Source of the DNA: Cetorhinus maximus
Taxonomy: Eukaryota
Length of the DNA stretch: 64,000 bases
NCBI RefSeq assembly: GCF_964194155.1
Contig: NC_135901.1
Location: 18,662,001 to 18,726,000 of the forward strand
Direction of reading: 5' to 3'
The notes beneath the pieces were generated by a model. The model made no database searches, was not told where the DNA came from, and worked only from the letters and a program-made list of their open reading frames with translations. Shown piece after piece: positions 11,071 through 23,967 of this stretch; position 1 is the first letter of the stretch, and each line of letters begins with the position of its first letter. The position numbers and the translations under genes are program-made.

Positions 11071-12259
11071 AAAAGTAGTGACAAACGGATAATCTTCACA
11101 CTATCCAGTTCTCTCTCAGGGTCGGTGTTCTGACCATTGCTCTTCTTAATATAACGGAATGATCGGGTTTCGCTATATGGGTTTAAGATCAAAATCTCCA
11201 GATGATTTTACAATAGGAAATGGGGAGAACAGTGAAGAGGAATATAAGTGACTCAGTGTTAATACACAGGTTAGCAACTGGGGCAGGTAACATGTCAGAT
11301 TAAATTTAACGCAGAAAATATGAGGTGATATATTTCCTGAATTAAAAAGCTAAAATGTTCACCAAATGCTTAAGGTTCAGAAGGGCTGGAGAAACAGAAC
11401 AGTTAAGACATGGAAGACTCTAGTTTACATTTTCTTATTGATAAGCACACTGAAGAAGTTAGTGTCAGCAACTTTAAAACCTTCTTAAGAAATAAAGAAA
11501 TGAGCAGATTCACTGTCCTCTACTGTACCTTATATTGATCCATCAATCCGAGTAAACATCCAAGTCCCAAGTGTCCACAGTCACTTACACAAGGTCAGCC
11601 CACTGGATGGAGACTTGGGCACCCTGAGCGTGATCTCCGGTGTCTCCAGTCCCTGGCTGCCCTGTTACATCAGAACTCCTTCACTTTTATACCCTGTATA
11701 TCCAGCTCTGGCCTCTGACTCCTTGTCTTCTCTGTTGGGTTTTGGCAGGGAGTGAGGAAAGGACAGCTGGAATTTCTCTAATCTGTGATTTACAAAGACA
11801 CATTCCCTTGTTCCCAGCAGTTACTTTTCTTCAGTAATTTTCTCATTCTCCCTAAACTCCCCTGTCTATTCTTAATTCTGTTATTTCTTATAGTTTTACA
11901 ATTACAGGTATAAACATCACACATGATAATCGAATCTATCCTCACTTTGTTTACGTTTCAATTGTGGTTCGTAACAGACAAACTCTTTTGTTTTTGTTTT
12001 GGATTCACAGCATCCGCAGTAGTTTTTTGTTTTTAAACTCTGTCCTTTCCCCTGATCTGATTAGAGTTTTCAATGAGTCAGTTCTGTGGAATGGAATGTC
12101 TTATCAGTGTTTCCATGGTGACCTGTCTGCAGTGAAGAACCGGTTTGAGTTTCTAACTCTGACTAAACTTTTCTATGCCATAATACACATTATATCAGAC
12201 ATTGGATGTCATTGTACTTTAGTCATGTTGTGTTAATATCTCTAAAACCTACAAGGAAT

Positions 12260-12690
12260 TCAGAGACACAAACCATTAACAGTGGGAGGACAAGTTGGTA
12301 AAGTGGTTAAAAAGCCCATGGGATCCTGGGTTTTATAATTCGGGGTGTAGAATTCAAAAGGACAGAAATCATGTTAACCTGTACAAATCATTGGTCAGGC
12401 TGCAATTAGAATATTGAGTCAAGTTTTGGGGATCTTACACCAGGAAGGATGTCAAGGCCATGGAGAGGGTGCAGAAGAGATTCACTGAGATGATCCCAGG
12501 GAAGAGAGGCTTTAGTTATCGGGAGAGATTAGAGAAACTGGGGCTCTTTTCATCACAACAAAGCTGATTGGAGATCTGAGGGAGAGGTTCAAAATTTCAT
12601 CAGGTAAATGAGCAAAAACGGTCGGTGAGTTGGTAACTAGAGGACATCAAATTCAAGTCATCACCAAAAGAATCAGAGCCAGGGATGGAA
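12260..12690 (+). mobile_element. Decayed CR1 RT C-terminal fragment
   Basis: ERVQKRFT-, TRGH-like segments. Confidence 0.7.
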
Positions 12691-12924
12691 TTTGGAGCAG
12701 ACTGCACAACAATGTTCAGGACACTCACTGTCCCTCCGGCTCTCCGTCTACACTGTCCCATCAAACGCTCCGAGGGAAGGTACACGGGTGGGTTACTGAT
12801 ACCTCCCAGGGGTATCCAGGCCTGGAGAGACACCCTGGAAGGTATGGGGAGCTGGGACTTGTCCATGAGCGTAAACAAAGGTCTGAGAACTGGAACAATC
12901 CAAAGTAATGATGAGGTGTTTGTC

Positions 12925-13350
12925 GTGGCTTAGGGGTGCATTCTCCTGTCTGAGTCAGGAGGTTGTGTGTTCAAATCCACCTCTAGAATTTGAACATAAA
13001 ATCCAGGCTGACGTTCCACTGCAGTACAGCGGGAGTGCTACACTGTCAGAGGTCCCGTTTTTCAGATCAGGCAGAACAGGCAGGTTTAAGAGATCCATTG
13101 ATGCTATTTCAAAGAGCCGGGGATTTCTCCCCAGAGTCGTGGTCAATATTTATCCCTCAATCAACATCACTAAAACAGATTATCTGGGTATTTTCAATTT
13201 GTTGTCTGTGGGATCTTGCTGTGTACAGATGAGCGGCTGTATTTTCTACATTACATCATTGACTGCACTTCAAAGGAATTTCACTGGCTGTAAAATGCTT
13301 TGAGACATCCTGATGTCATGAAAGGCTCTGCAGAAATACAAATCTATCTT
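12925..13350 (+). mobile_element. Deu-domain SINE (SacSINE1/AmnSINE-like)
   Basis: B-box-like gttcaaatcc ~12968; Deu core aatatttatccctcaatcaacatcactaaaacagattatctgg; L2-like tail. Confidence 0.75.
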
Positions 13351-13615
13351 TAACAGAGGAGAGAAGGCCCAGAAATGGAACAGTCAAGAACAGGATTTCA
13401 ATTCATCTCTTCTTATCCTGAAGAAAACAAATACTCCACACACGGTGTGTTTGACACCAAGCTGATTTATTTGACATTCATCCAGGATATTAACCTCCAG
13501 CTCAGTTATAGGGGTTATTAACATCAGCAAAAACAAACACCAACTGTTGGAAAGAAAATGGGTCAGTACTGGATGTGATTAACAGCAGCAATAACAGCAG
13601 AATCCAACCATGCAG

Positions 13616-14203
13616 TCAGTTGTGGACTCGCTGGTGTCTCCGCAGGTGGGATGAATTAATGAAACTCTTCCCACACACGGAGCATTTGAATGGCCTCTCT
13701 CCAGTGTGAACTCGCTGGTGTCTCAACAGATGAGATGACTGAGTGAATCCCTTCCCACAGTCGCAGGTGAACGGTCTGTCCTGAGTGTGAATTCGCTGAT
13801 GTTTTAGCAGAATGGACGAGTGAGTGAATCCCTTTCCACACTCGGAGCAGCTGAATGGCCTCTCCCCGTTGTGAACTTGCTGGTGTGTCAGAAGGTTGGA
13901 TGACTGAGTGAATCCCTTCCCACACACAGAGCAGGTGAATGGCCTCTCCCCAGTGTGAATACGTTGGTGTGTCAGCAAATCTGGTTTTCTTTTAAAACTC
14001 TTCTCACAGTCAGAGCATGTAAACGGTTTGTTATCAGAATGAACAAGTTCGTGTGTCTGAAGGCAGGATAACCGAGTGAATCCCTTCCCACACACGGAGC
14101 AGGTGAATGGCCTCTCCCCGGTGTGACTGTGTCGATGAGCTTCCAGATGGGATGGGGAACTGAATCCCTTCTCACAGTCCCCACATTTCCACGGTTTCTC
14201 CAT
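13616..14203 (-). CDS. C2H2 zinc-finger protein, 7 fingers (finger 6 has CxC spacing)
   Basis: Open 195-aa [13 protein letters not shown]...; upstream 14204-14460 holds disabled fingers; duplicated leader 14450-14700. Confidence 0.8.
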   Translation of the reverse strand: MEKPWKCGDCEKGFSSPSHLEAHRHSHTGERPFTCSVCGKGFTRLSCLQTHELVHSDNKPFTCSDCEKSFKRKPDLLTHQRIHTGERPFTCSVCGKGFTQSSNLLTHQQVHNGERPFSCSECGKGFTHSSILLKHQRIHTQDRPFTCDCGKGFTQSSHLLRHQRVHTGERPFKCSVCGKSFINSSHLRRHQRVHN

Positions 14204-14704
14204 GGTGTTGGTGTCCTTGTGTCTCTCCCGATTGGATAATCAGTTCACACTTTAACCACGCACACAACACATGTAGTTTCTCCCCACCATGAATGATGTG
14301 ATGTCTGTTTCAGGTTGTGTAACTGGTTAAAGCTCCTTCCACAGTCAGTTCACTGGAACACTCTCACTCAGGTGTGTGTGTCTCGGTGCTTTTCCAGTCG
14401 TACTGAAATCTTTTCCCACAGACAGACATTTCTCCTTCCGAATTCAAAGGCCGTGATATTCCGGTCCTGATGAATTGAATGACTCTGTCAGCTCTTGGCA
14501 TGATGCTATGTTTGAGTTTCCTGTCAGTAAATCCCCCTGCAAAAGATGTTTACAAAAGCAATCACTAAGGACAGAATAAAATTCAGAACAAACATTTCTC
14601 TTGGTTTGAGTTTGCTGTGTGTAAATCCTCCCCTTCTAATCCCCTGTAAAAGGAGTTTCCAAAATCCATCACTGTCAGTCAGGATACAAACTCTGAATTC
14701 TGTT

Positions 14705-14845
14705 AGTTGAAAAGGAAGAATGAACAGGATTACAGGGAGAAGGCAGGGGAATGGCACGAGGTGAATTGCTCATTCAGAGAGCCAGCACAGACACGATGGG
14801 CCGATGGGCTGACTGCCCTCCTTCTGCGCTGTAACAATTCTGTGA
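14705..14845 (+). mobile_element. CR1 3' tail fragment
   Basis: ...gatgggccgatgg...cttctgcgctgtaacaattctgtga. Confidence 0.65.
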
Positions 14846-14879
14846 AATTCACAACATTCTTTCCTCCTGTTTCCTGGCC

Positions 14880-15210
14880 CAGGATGACCGCGCATGCGCC
14901 CTGCTGCTCATTGCCCCCTAGAAAGATGGCAGCCGCCTATGTGCCTTGCTGCTCATTCCCCCATATAAAGATGGCAGCTGCCCATGCACCCTGCTGTTCA
15001 TTGCCCCCAATGAAGATGGGACCATTAACCCAGGCCTGTCACTGGGGGAAAGCCTGGAGCTGCCGCCCCAACCGGTGCAAATACGGATTTGGGGTTTGCA
15101 GCCGACTGAAAGTGTTTGTCAAGCTTCCTCACCCACCCGTCGCTCCCTCAATCGCCCCCAGCCCCCGCCGACTGCTCAGTGGCTGCGGAAACGAGAAACC
15201 AGCGCCTGTC
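14880..15210 (-). promoter_or_regulatory. Arm-B promoter/first-intron module with three ~42-bp YY1-motif repeats
   Basis: gcgcatgcgc ~14889; aagatggcagc twice and aagatgggac once; homologous to 62265-62530. Confidence 0.6.
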
Positions 15211-15211
15211 T

Positions 15212-15500
15212 ATAACAAAAACAAAAATAGCTGGAAAAACTCAGCAGGACTGACAGCATCTGCGGAGAGGAACACAGTTAACGTTTCGAGTCCGAAAGAC
15301 CCTTCATCAGAACTAAGGTGAAATATCAGCTGGTTTAAGGTGGGGTGGGACAGGTAGAGCTGGATAGAGGGCCAGTGATAGGAGATAACCAAAAGATGTC
15401 ATAGACAAAAGGACAAAGAGGTGTTGACGGTGGTGATATTATCTAAGAAATGTGCTAATGGTGACATAAAGGGTATAAAGCAGGACGAGCAAGGTACAGA
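15212..15500 (-). mobile_element. Penelope-like terminal fragment
   Basis: Matches 5971-6290. Confidence 0.75.
15276..15314 (-). ncRNA. Minimal type I hammerhead motif, canonical core
   Basis: Reverse complement: agtt-CTGATGA-a-GGGTC-tttcg-GACTC-GAAA-CGTT-aact; stem I agtt/aact intact. Confidence 0.65.
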
Positions 15501-18500
15501 TAGGGAGGGGTAGGATCCAGTTGTTGTGGTCCACGTCGGGACAAATAACATAGATAAGACTAGGAAAGAGGACCTGTTTGGGGATTATCAGGAACGAGGA
15601 ACTAAATTAAAGAACAGGTCCTCAAGGGTTATAATCTCCGGATTACTACCCGAACCATGTGCAAATTGGCATAGGGACGCGAGAATAAAGGAAGTAAACA
15701 CGTGGCTAAAGGAGTGGTGCGGGAAAGAGGGGTTCCATTTCGTGGGACACCGCCATCAGTATTGGAACAGGAGGGATCTGTACCGTTGGGATGGTCTCCA
15801 CCTGAACCGATCTGGGACCAATGTTCTAGCGAAAAGGGTAAATAGGGTGGTCAACAGGACTTTAAACGAGAAAGTGGGGGGGGGGGGGGGGGGAGGAAAG
15901 GGTAAAACTCCAAGAAGTATGACTAATAGGAAACAAAGCAGCAGGTTAGCGTGTGGGGGGGTGGATTCAACTTCACGGAAAATGATGAAAAAACTGAAAA
16001 GAAAGGAGAGCCCAGGAAAGGCTATTAAAGTCCCAAGAACACAAAATAGGACAGAGTGTTTGGAAAGGGCTAGGAATCTAACTTCAAGCACATCAGATAC
16101 AGGGACGACAATGAGAAAGGGGTCGGGAAATACAGGACTGAAGGTGTTGTATCTGAATGCACGCAATATACGAAATAAGGTAAATGAGCTTGTGGCGCAG
16201 ATTGAAATTGGCAGGTATGTTGTGGTGGGCATCACGGAGACATGGCTGCAAGGGGATCAGGACTGGCAGCTAAATATCCAAGGATTTCCATCCTATTGAA
16301 AAGATAGGCAGGTTGGCAGAGGGGGTGGGGTTGCTTTGTTAGTAAGAAATGAAATTAAATCGATAGCAAGAAATGACATAGGGTCAGATGATGTAGAATC
16401 TGTGTGGGTAGAGTTGAGGAACCGCAAAGGTAAAAAAACCATAATGGGAGTTATGTACAGGCCTCCGAACAGTAGTCAGGATGTGGGGCACAAGATACAC
16501 CAGGAGATAGAAAAGGCGTGTAAGAAAGGCAAGGTTACAGTGATGATGGGGGATTTCAATATGCAGGTAGACTGGGAAAATCAGGTTGGTAGTGGATCCC
16601 AAGAAAAGGAATTTGTGGAATGTCTACGAGATGGCTTTTTGGAGCAGCTTGTGGTGGAGCCCACCAGGGAACAGACAATTCTAGATTTAGTGATGTGTAA
16701 TGAGGCAAATTTGACAAGGGAGCTTAAGGTGAAGGAACCCTTAGGAGGAAGTGACCATAATATGATAGAATTTACCCTGCAATTTGAGAGGAAAAAGCTG
16801 GAATCAGATGTAATGGTATTACAGTTGAATAAAGGCAACTACAGAAGCATGAGGGAGGAGCTGGCCAGAATTGATTGGGAGATGAGCCTAGCAGGAAAGA
16901 CAGTGGAACAGCAATGGCAGGAGTTTCTGGGAGTAATTTGGGAGACACGGCAAAAATTCATCCCTAGGAAGAAGAAGCATGCTAAAGGGAGGACGAGGCA
17001 ACCATGGCTGACAAGGGAAGTCAGGGACAGCATAAAAGCTAAAGAGAAAGCATACAATGCGGCGAAGAGCAGGGGATTGGGAAGCCTACAAAGACCAACA
17101 GAGGACAACTAAAAAAGAAATAAGGAGGGAGAAGATTAAATATGAGGGTAAACTAGCCAGTAATATAAAAGAAGATGGCAAGAGTATTTTTAGATATATA
17201 AAGGGTAAGAGAGAGGCAAAAGTGGACATTGGGCCGCCGGAAAATGACGCTGGAGAAGTAGTAGTGGGGAACAAAGAAATGGCGGAGGAACTGAATAGGT
17301 ACTTTGCGTCAGTCTTCACGGTGGAAGACACGAGTAACATCCCCAAAGTTCAAGAGAGTCGGGGGGCAGAGGTGAGTATGGTGGCCATTACCAAGGGGAA
17401 AGTGCTAGGAAAACTGAAAGGTCTGAAGGTGGATAAATCACCTGGGCCAGATGGATTACAACCCAGAGTTCTGAAGGAGATAGCTGAAGAGATAGTGGAG
17501 GCGTTAGTGGTGATCTTTCAGGAATCACTGGAGTCAGGGAGGGTCCCAGAGGACTGGAAAATCGCTAATGTAACCCCCCTGTTTAAGAAGGGAGTGAGGC
17601 AAAAGACGGGAAATTACAGGCCGATTAGCCTGACCTTGGTCATTGGTAAGATTTTAGAGTCCATTATTAAGGATGAGATTTCAGAATACTTGGAAGTGCA
17701 TGATAAAATAGGGCAAAGTCAGCATGGTTTCATCAAGGGGAGGTCATGCTTGACAAATCTGTTAGAATTCTTTGAGGAGGTAACGAGTAGGTTAGACAAA
17801 GGAGAGCCAATGGATGTTATCTAGTTGGACTTCCAGAAGGCCTTTGACAAGGTGCCGCACAGGAGGCTGCTCAGTAAGATAAGAGCCCATGGTGTTAGAG
17901 GCAAGGTACTAGCATGGATAGAAGATTGGCTGTCTGGCAGGAGGCAGAGAGTGGGGATAAGGGGGTCCTTCTCAGGATGGCGGCCGGTGACTAGTGGAGT
18001 TCCGCAGGGGTCAGTGTTGGGACCACAACTTTTCACTTTATACGTTAATGATCTAGATGAAGGAACTGAGGGCATCCTGGCTAAGTTTGCAGATGACACA
18101 AAGATAGGTGGAGGGACAGGTAGTATTGAGGAGGTGGGGAGGCTGCAGAAGGATTTGGACAGGTTAGGAGAATGGGCAAAGAAGTGGCAGATGGAATACA
18201 ATGTGGGGAAGTGTGAGGTCATGTATTTTGGTAGGAAGGATAGAGGCATAGACTATTTTCTAAATGGGGAGAGAATTCAGAAATCTGGAGTGCAAAGGGA
18301 CTTGGGAGTCCTAGTCCAGGATTCTCTTAAGGTTAACTTGCAGGTTGAGTCGGTAGTTAGGAAGGCAAATGCAATGTTGGCATTTATTTCGCGAGGACTA
18401 GAATATAAAAGCAGGGATGTGCTGCTGAGGCTTTATAAGGCTCTGGTCAGACCACATTTAGAATATTGTGAGCAATTTTGGGCTCCGTATCTCAGGAAGG

Positions 18501-19010
18501 ATGTTCTGGCCCTGGAGAGGGTCCAAAGGAGGTTCACGAGAACGATCCCAGGAATGAAAGGCTTAACATATGAGGAACATTTGAGGACTCTGGGTCTATA
18601 CTCGATGGAGTTTAGAAGGATGAGGGGGGGGGATCTGATTGAAACTTACAGAATACTGAAAGGCCTGGATAGAGTGGACATGGGGAAGATGTTTCCATTA
18701 GTAGGAGAGACTAGGACCCGAGGGCACAGCCTCAGAGTAAAGGGAAGACCTTTTAGAAGTGAGATGAGGAGAAATTTCTTTAGCCAGAGAGTGGTGAATC
18801 TATGGAATTCATTGCCACAGAAGGCTGTGGAGGCCAGGTCATTGAGTGTATTTAAGACAGAGATAGATAGGTTCTTGATTGGTAAGGGGATCAAAGGTTA
18901 CGGGGAGAAGGCGGGAGAATGGGGTTGAGAAACTTATCAGCCATGATTGAATGACGGAGCAGACTCGATGGGCCGAATGGCCTAATTTCTGCTCCTATGT
19001 CTTATGGTCT
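15501..19010 (+). mobile_element. Near-full-length CR1 (HER1-like) LINE: ORF1 SGNH-esterase C-terminus plus APE-RT ORF2, inactivated
   Basis: VHVGTNNI...IISGLLP...DGLHLN; YLNARNI, GITETWL, GDFN, GSDHN; FADDTK; stops at 16297 and 17822, frameshift ~17070; tail gatgggccgaatggcct...cttatggtctta. Confidence 0.95.
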
Positions 19011-19730
19011 TAAAAGAAGAGAGAAGGGGTGGCACTATTTCTTAAGGAGAATATGACAGTGTTGGAAAGAGTGGCAGTTCCAGAGGATTCAAGGACAGAA
19101 TCTGCCCGGTTAGAGCGAAGGAACAATAGAGGTTCCAGTACACTACGGTATGTGTTCTATAGGACACCAACTAGGGGGAAAGATCTAGAGGAACAAATTT
19201 GCAAGAAAATTACAGAGGCTGGTAGAATGGGCGGACATGGAGAGGTGAAAGTTAATGCAGAGTATGAAGTGATACATTTTGGTAGCGAGAACATGGCAAG
19301 GCAATATGAACTAAAATGTAAAATTCCAGAGGGGATGCAGGAACAGAGTGACCTGGGGATATATGTGCACAGATCACAAAGGTAGCAGGGCATGCTGAGA
19401 AAGTGGTTAATAAACTAAATGAGTTCCAGGGCTTTATAAATAGAGACATGGCGTATAAAAGGGTCACAGCTCTAGAGAACCTTTATTAAAACACTGATTC
19501 AACCTCAAGTGGAGTATTGCGTCCAACTCCGGACCTACAACTTATAAAGGATGTGAAGGCTTTAGACAAGATGCAGCAAAGGTTTACAAGAATGGTTCCA
19601 GGAATAAGAGAATTCAGTTATGTGGACATATTGGAAAAGCTGGGTAGTTCTCCTCAGAGAAAACAAAACTGAGAGGAGATTTGACAGAGTTGTCAAACTA
19701 TGAGGGGTCTGGAGAGAGTAAATCTCCATA
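19011..19730 (+). mobile_element. Older CR1 fragments (endonuclease piece joined to RT C-terminus)
   Basis: VFYRTPT..EEQIC then EVIHFG..DLGIYV in ORF 19029-19385. Confidence 0.7.
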
Positions 19731-19865
19731 AGACCTGAGGATACACAAATGCAGAAATTCCCACAGGCAGCAAGAACGACAAAAACAGCCAGTTCCATGG
19801 ACGCCAACACCAGACACTTCAGTCCTGAGAAGACCCACAGAAAACGATATAATCAGTCCCAGCTT

Positions 19866-22800
19866 CTCTGATATCAACCAACCCCACAGTCACTGACACC
19901 AATCTCCTCCAGTCAGATATCAACCAACTCCACAGTCACTGATACTAGAATCACAGAGTGCAGAAGAGGCCTTTTGGCCCATCGAGTCTGCACCGACACA
20001 TGAGAAACACCTGACCTACCTACCTAATCCCATTTACCAGCACTTGGCCCATAGCCTTGAATGTTATGATGTGCCACATGCTCATCCAGGTACTTTTTAA
20101 AGGATGTGAGGCAACCCGCCTCCACCACCCTCCCAGGCAGTGCATTCCAGACCGTCACCACCCTCTGGGTAAAAAAGATTTTCCTCACATCCCCCTATGC
20201 CTCCTGCCCCTCACCTTGAACTTATGCCCCCTTGTGACTGACCCTTCAACTAAGGGGAACAGCTGCTCCCTATCCACCCTGTCCATACCCCTCATAATCT
20301 TGTACACCCTGATCAGGTCCCCCTCAGTCTTCTCTGCTCCAACAAAACAACCCAAGTCTATCCAACCTCTCTTCATAACTTAAATGTTTCATCCCAGGCA
20401 ACATCCTGGTGAATCTCCTCTGCACCCCCTCCAGTGCAATCACATCCTTCCTATAATGTGACGACCAGAACTGCACACAGTACTCCAGCTGTAGCCTCAC
20501 CAAGGTTCTATACAACTCCAATCTGCTCCTATCTGATATAAACCAACCCCACAGTCACTGACACCAATCTCCTCCTATCTAATATAAACCAACCCCAAAT
20601 CACTGACACCAATCTCCTCTTGTCTGATATAATCAAACCCCACAGTCACTGACACCAATCTCCTCTCGACTGTGGGGTTGGTTTATATCAGACAAGAGTA
20701 GATTGGTGTCAGTGACTGTGGGGTTGGTTTATATCAGACAGGAGGAGGTTGGTGTCAGTGACTGTGGGGTTGGTTTATATCAGACACTGACACCAATCTC
20801 CTTTTGTCTGATATAAACCAACTCCACAGTCACTCACACCAATCTCCTCCTGTCTGAGAGAAACCACACTTCACAGTCACTGATCACAATGTTCTCCTGT
20901 CTGACATAAACATTCCCCAGTCACTGACACCAATCTCCTTTGTCTGATATGAACTAATTCCACAGTCACTGACACCAATCTCCTCCTGTCTGATATAAAC
21001 CAGCCCCACAGTCACTGACTCCAATCTCCTCCTGTCTGATATAAACCAACCTCACAGTCACTGACACCAATCTCCACCTGTCTGATATATAACCAACTCC
21101 TCACTTACTGACACCAATCTCCTCCTGTTTGATATGAATCAAATTCACGGTCCTTCACACCAATCTCCTCCTCTCTGATATAAACCCACCCCACACTCAC
21201 TGACCCCAATCTCCTCCTGTCTAGAAAAACCAACCTCACAGTCACTCACACCAACCTGCTGCTGTCCGATATAAACCAACCGCACAGTCACTGACACCAA
21301 TCTCCTCCTGTCTGATATAAACCAACCCCACAGTCACTGACACCAATTCCCTCCTGTCTGATATGAATCAATTTCACAGTCACTGACACCAATCTCTTCC
21401 TTTCTGACATAAACAAACCCACAGTCACTGACACCAATCTCCTCCTGTCTGATAGGAATCAACCCCAGTCAATGACACCAATCTCTTCCTTTCTGATTTA
21501 AACCAGCCGCACAGTCACTGACCATAATGTTGTCCTGTCTGATATAAACTCCACAGTCACTGACACCAATCTCCTCCTGTCTGATATGAATCAATTTCAC
21601 AGTCACTCACACCAATCTCCTCCTGTATGATATACACCCACCTCACACTCACTGACACCAATCTCCTCCTGTCTGATATACACCCACCTCACACTCACTG
21701 ACACCAATCTCCTCCTGCCTGATAGGAATCAACCCCACAGTCACTGACACCAATCTCTTCCTGTCTGAAATAAACCAACCCCAAAGTCACTGACACCAAT
21801 CTCCTCTTGTCTGATATGAACGAACCCCACAGTCACTGACACCAATCTCTTCCTTTCTGATATAAACCAGCCGCAAAGTCACTGGCACCAATCTCCTCCT
21901 GTCTGATATAAATCAACTCCACACTCACTGACACCAATCTCCTTTTAGCTGAAGTAAACCAGGCCCACAGTCACTCACACCAATATCTTCCTGTCTGATA
22001 TAAACCAACCCCACAGTCACTGACACCAATCTCCTCCTGTCCAATATAAACCGACCCCACAGTCACTGACACCAATCTCCTCCTGTCTGATACAAACCAA
22101 CCCCACAGTCACTGACACCAATTCCCTCCTGTCTGATATGAATCAATTTCACAGTGACTAACACCAATCTCTAACCTTTCTGACATAAACAAACCCACAG
22201 TCACTGACACCAATCTCCTCCTGTCTGATAGGAATCAATCCCAGTCAATGACACCAATCTCTTCCTTTCTGATATAAACCAGCCACACAGTCACTGACCA
22301 TAATGTTGTCCTGTCTGATATAAACTCCACAGTCACTGACACCAATCTCCTCCTGTCTGATAGGAATCAATCCCAGTCAATGACACCAATCTCTTCCTTT
22401 CTGATATAAACCAGCCACACAGTCACTGACCATAATGTTGTCCTGTCTGATATAAACTCCACAGTCACTGACACCAATCTCCTCCTGTCTGATATGAATC
22501 AATTTCACAGTCACTCACACCAATCTCCTGCTGTCTGATATACACCCATCTCACACTCACTGACACCAATCTCCTCCTGTCTGATAGGAATCAACCCCAC
22601 AGTCACTGACACCAATCTCCTTATGTCTGATATAAACCAACCCTACAGTCACTGACACCAATCTTCTCCTGTCTGATATAAATCAACCCCACAGTCACTG
22701 ACACCAATCTCCTCTTGTCTGAAATAAATCAACTCCACACTCACTGACACCAATCTCCTTTTATCTGAACTAAACCAGGCCCACAGTCACTCACACCAAT

Positions 22801-23420
22801 ATCTTCCTGTCTGAAATAAACCAACCCAAAGTCACTGACACCAATCTCCTCTTGTCTGATATAAACCAACCCTACAATCACTGACACCAATCTTTTCCTT
22901 TCCGATATAAACCAGCCGCACAGTCACTGGCACCAATCTCCTCCTGTCTGATATAAATCAATTCCACACTCACTGACACCAATCTCCTTTTATCTGAAGT
23001 AAACCAGGCCCACAGTCACTCACACCAATATCTTCCTGTCTGAAATAAACCAACCCCAAAGTCACTGACACCAATCTCCTCTTGTCTGATATGAACGAAC
23101 CCCACAGTCACTGACACCAATCTTTTCCTTTCTGATATAAACCAGCCGCACAGTCACTGGCACCAATCTCCTCCTGTCTGATATAAATCAACTCCACACT
23201 CACTGACACCAATCTCCTTTTAGCTGAAGTAAACCAGGCCCACAGTCACTCACACCAATATCTTCCTGTCTGATATAAACCAACCCCACAGTCACTGACA
23301 CCAATCTCCTCCTGTCCAATATAAACCAACCCCACAGTCACTGACACCAATCTCCTCCTGTCTGATACAAACCAACCCCACAGTCACTGACACCAGTTTC
23401 CTCATGTCTGATTATAATGC
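19866..23420 (+). repeat. 46-bp satellite/minisatellite array (~65 units)
   Basis: Unit cacagtcactgacaccaatctcctcctgtctgatataaaccaaccc (e.g. 21283 to 21329); interrupted by a CR1 at 19946-20519 and an inverted block at 20668-20786. Confidence 0.95.
19946..20519 (-). mobile_element. CR1 3' fragment inserted into the satellite
   Basis: LEYCVQFWS, VTRGHKFKVRG; tail ends at ~19946; satellite phase continues across it. Confidence 0.9.
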
Positions 23421-23967
23421 AGCCCCACATCTCCAGAAAGATTAAACTCAGTCTGTTATTTGGAGTTAATTTGTCTCCATTCCTGTGCAGATGAGATTTC
23501 TGTACCAGACAGGAGGGGTAAAATTTGGGGAATGTCGATTGTCCACCAATTCCTATTCCCCTATTTTCTGGTGGATTATGGAGTGTAACGTGCAAGTCAG
23601 TAAGAACTGTCAGGAAGGATTAATCAGCACTTTCTAATTGGAGATGTTAATCAGTGGAATCTCTCAGATACTGATTGTAGATTTTGTATCAAAGTTCAAT
23701 TTAGGGTTGAAGTAAAACTTTAATATTTGTTGCAAATTAATTACTGTTGAGATTCTTTGAATTCAGTGGAATGCTCACAGACATCTAATCTGAGAAGGAG
23801 ACTGCATTCCTGAGAACATAATCAGCTTTATAACCAGAATCCTAAACTCCAGCCTAGTGCTATGGTTAGTAAATTCAGCAAAAACAAACCTGAACTGTTG
23901 GAATGAACATGTTTCAGTCCTGGATGTGATGAACAACAGCAACAACAGCAGAATCCAACCCCTGTGG

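Noticed and set aside
14707-15321. 204-aa ORF with MAAAH repeats
   Set aside because: A chimera of a CR1 tail, YY1-motif repeats (AAGATGGC gives KMA) and a Penelope fragment
15501-19010. Active autonomous LINE or cellular esterase gene
   Set aside because: 5'-truncated, with two stops and a frameshift in ORF2; the SGNH esterase is a known CR1 ORF1 domain
19866-23420. CRISPR-like array
   Set aside because: The variable parts are mutated versions of one 46-bp monomer, not unique spacers; eukaryotic context and no cas genes
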